Shown one piece after another: positions 61,721 to 64,000 of a stretch of DNA of 64,000 nucleotides. The stretch's first letter is position 1, and the number at the start of each line of letters is the position of its first letter. The stretch covers positions 128,779 through 192,778 of the IMG/VR virus record IMGVR_UViG_3300017565_000017; one strand, 5' to 3'. The translations under genes were made by a program, and so were the position numbers. The notes under the pieces were generated by a model. That model worked only from the letters and a program-made list of their open reading frames with translations. It was not told where the DNA came from and did no database searches. Origin of the DNA: a virus. Lineage: Duplodnaviria > Heunggongvirae > Uroviricota > Caudoviricetes.

Positions 61721-62298
61721 TCGTCCTCCGCAGGATCTTTAATTAAGCCCTTCCCTTTAAGGGCCTCCAAGTCGACGCCTGCCGCCTTAGCCCACATTTC
61801 GAGAGGAACCGAGGCACCGCCCGCGTGTACCGTATGGATGAAACCACCATCTGGATTGCGTTCAGCCTCTTGGAACTCCTTGATGAGACGCGCTTGCTCT
61901 TCCGGGGTCATTTCGATGTCAATTCCCGCTTGCCGACTACGACGAATAATCTCGGCATCACGCTCACGAATAGCCTTGCGCTTTTCGATCACGAGATACA
62001 GGTAGTTGGCAAAGTCACGCATAGTCTCGTCTAGAGACTCGGTGCTGTTGGGGTCGTCAGAGACGTCGAACATATTGAATTCGACCTTCTTGAGCTGCTC
62101 TTCCAGACGGTCGGCTTTGCGCCATACCGTGAAGAATGCTCCAACCCCACCACGGCGGCACCAACTTGCTCCGTACTCAGCATCCTTCTTGCGACACATT
62201 TCCAGGGTTTGATCCTGGATAGCTTGCATCTTATCGAAGTCAGTGTGCGGCAAGTCTTCGGTTGAATATGCGTAACGCTTGTCCAGTTGTTTGCTCAT
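61708..62298 (-). CDS. nucleotide-modification-associated domain 1 (Nmad1/DUF1599-like)
   Basis: KKDAEYGASW-x-x-RGGVGAF...RK-x-DRL...ETM-x-D-x-ANY. Confidence 0.7.
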   Translation of the reverse strand: MSKQLDKRYAYSTEDLPHTDFDKMQAIQDQTLEMCRKKDAEYGASWCRRGGVGAFFTVWRKADRLEEQLKKVEFNMFDVSDDPNSTESLDETMRDFANYLYLVIEKRKAIRERDAEIIRRSRQAGIDIEMTPEEQARLIKEFQEAERNPDGGFIHTVHAGGASVPLEMWAKAAGVDLEALKGKGLIKDPAEDECGK

Positions 62299-63359
62299 TG
62301 GGATGCCTTTGCCTTTCGGGCTGCAATACGACGCTCAATCCATTGTTTGCCGTTGACAAGCCAGTCGTAACGATTGTGATTCTCCAGAAGAGCTACAGCG
62401 TCTTCCAGCTTATCCTGCTTGTATAAGTCGTACGCCTTACCCATGGGGTCCAACACCTGAGTGCCAAACTTAGAGGCATAGAACGTACCAGTCAAGTGAC
62501 CCGCGCTATCAAATCTGTGGAAAAGATTCACTAGATCTTGATAGAACAAATCGCGGCCTTCTTGAGTGTAGTCGAATAGAAATGGGGTAACAGTGAGCCC
62601 CTGAGGGATCTTAGTCGAGCTCAAGAACACTTCGGTCAAGGAATAGCCAGTGTCCGCGTCACCTTGGATCAAGCGTTGCGCCACCGGGTTCTCCAGGTAG
62701 ATGTGAGCGTTGTTGCTGACTTGATAATAGTTACCCAGCATCAAGCCCACCGATTGGGCAACATATTCTTGCAGGAACGACATATGCACCAGATTGGCAC
62801 CGTATGCACCCCACACCAGATCATTGCTGCGATTAAACACCGTCATATTGAGGCGGTTTTCAACCACATCAAATGCGATGCTCAGATTGCACGGAACATC
62901 CTTAGTGCCGGTTTGGGCAGAGCGGGGGTCATTGCGGGCATCCCACATACCCAGGTGAGCCCGACGGCTATCCTTATTGGTCTTCAGTTCCGGCACGATG
63001 AAGTCATCAATCTGATCAATACCGAACTGGTAGCGCCAGCGCCATCCGTAAGCCCCGTTGAGAGTTACACCATCGTCCGAATAGGACCGCATTTGAGGTG
63101 TGAAATAACTGACAAATGCCAGATCCCGGCGACCCCGTAGCATCCACATAGATTCAAACAGATGCAGGAACGGATTGCAGTCGCGTACCGGGTTAAACAA
63201 CACCCGCGATTTCGGATCGACATACGTGGTTGTCAGGGGCATACGCGCACGCAGCACCGGCCCATTGCGCGACTCTGCCACAAGTGGGGAATTGTCGATA
63301 ACAGTCTGAAGGCCAGATTGCAGAGCGTCATCTGCGGAGGTCGTGAATACAGTCAGCAT
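62295..63359 (-). CDS. thymidylate-synthase-fold enzyme, likely dUMP hydroxymethylase
   Basis: SRNG, NPF-x-HLFES-x-WML-x-GR, GAYG-x-RWR, SRRA, DVPCN (catalytic Cys), NRSND-x-x-WGAYGAN (Asn = dUMP specificity), SNNAH-x-Y. Confidence 0.85.
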   Translation of the reverse strand: MLTVFTTSADDALQSGLQTVIDNSPLVAESRNGPVLRARMPLTTTYVDPKSRVLFNPVRDCNPFLHLFESMWMLRGRRDLAFVSYFTPQMRSYSDDGVTLNGAYGWRWRYQFGIDQIDDFIVPELKTNKDSRRAHLGMWDARNDPRSAQTGTKDVPCNLSIAFDVVENRLNMTVFNRSNDLVWGAYGANLVHMSFLQEYVAQSVGLMLGNYYQVSNNAHIYLENPVAQRLIQGDADTGYSLTEVFLSSTKIPQGLTVTPFLFDYTQEGRDLFYQDLVNLFHRFDSAGHLTGTFYASKFGTQVLDPMGKAYDLYKQDKLEDAVALLENHNRYDWLVNGKQWIERRIAARKAKASQ

Positions 63360-63392
63360 TACATTCCTTAGTTGTAAGGGATACGTTCCTAT

Positions 63393-64000
63393 TTACGCTT
63401 TGCCACGGTAGGATGCGCGCATTTGGCCGGAACCTGTGGAAACGGCCATCCACTTGCTGAATTCGCAAAGCGAATTGGAATAGTTAGACATTTCCATAGG
63501 TGCAAAGCCTGTGCGGAAATCTCCGGTCCAGAGCGTTTTAGGTACTAGCGCCTGGATACGCTTGTTGGCTTCCTCTCGACCTGCAATCATCTGTTCCTGC
63601 ACCCCTACGAAGGAAGACGATTTGCCCAAAACCCCCGTCGTCAAGAATTGCTGGCCTTTTCTAGTACCAGGGCCGGGACTCGTAAACGTATTCAGGTCCA
63701 GCGCGTTAGCCAGCCAGTTCTCCGAGTACGAAAGGTCAACAATCACTTGATAGGACATGAACGCAGCCCACCCATGATAGGTACTCAGCTTCTTTACAGC
63801 ATGCTCCATGCCGACCTTCATATCTTTGGTCAACTCCTTACGGGTAGCCCACAAAGGGTCGATACCAAAGCGCGGAATGTAGTGGACCTTCGTGTTACCG
63901 AGTTCACTGCTGTCAAAGCCTTGAGGAAAGATCGAGTTAACGATGTAGGCACCCGTAACCACTTTTTCCCCACGCTGTTTACGAGCTTCTAGGACGTTGT
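63393..64000 (-). CDS. amino acid:DNA transferase / aGPT-pyrophosphorylase-like protein, 5' truncated
   Basis: Frame open to window edge; VVTGAYIV, F-x-S-Y-Q-V-x-x-DL, PGPGT-x-KG, NSLCEFSKW; next to TS-fold gene. Confidence 0.7.
   Translation of the reverse strand, partial: NVLEARKQRGEKVVTGAYIVNSIFPQGFDSSELGNTKVHYIPRFGIDPLWATRKELTKDMKVGMEHAVKKLSTYHGWAAFMSYQVIVDLSYSENWLANALDLNTFTSPGPGTRKGQQFLTTGVLGKSSSFVGVQEQMIAGREEANKRIQALVPKTLWTGDFRTGFAPMEMSNYSNSLCEFSKWMAVSTGSGQMRASYRGKA

Noticed and set aside
1-64000. Genome-wide TAG reassignment (alternative genetic code)
   Set aside because: Conserved core genes are intact under code 11 with no internal TAG, and TAG ends terL and several other genes; only one credible amber-interrupted frame was found (755-1072)

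Overview
A 64-kb segment of a large lytic dsDNA phage genome, probably a jumbo myophage of Proteobacteria. The gene set resembles the phiRSL1/PaBG/Lu11 type, but that placement is inference. Essentially every gene is on the minus strand; the long plus-strand ORFs are antisense shadows. Recognisable functions: NAD-dependent DNA ligase, type IIA topoisomerase A and B subunits (B carries a 167-aa class-3-type mini-intein starting with Pro), RecA/UvsX, a gp32-like SSB with a long charge-block tail, an SbcD/Mre11 nuclease with an adjacent HNH homing endonuclease, terminase large subunit, two sigma-like proteins, a Prs-like + Nampt-like pair (NARP1-type), a TAXI solute-binding protein/PspA-like membrane cluster, RNA repair genes, and a 5-hydroxymethyl-dU/thymidine hypermodification cluster. 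Two tRNAs absent from the ORF track were found by hand: an amber suppressor tRNA(CUA) at 686-761 and a tRNA(CAU) at 35675-35749. Two observations stand out. (1) The amber tRNA has its own sigma70 promoter and is preceded by an SD-ATG-TCT-TAG reading frame that runs, in frame past the amber, into the tRNA itself; a minimal SerRS-like enzyme, YqeY and RNA-repair genes lie nearby. (2) At least 13 tracts of 79-206 nt contain no TC/GA dinucleotide; 12 of them span promoter regions, which suggests host-RNAP promoters are kept free of a context-specific DNA modification.
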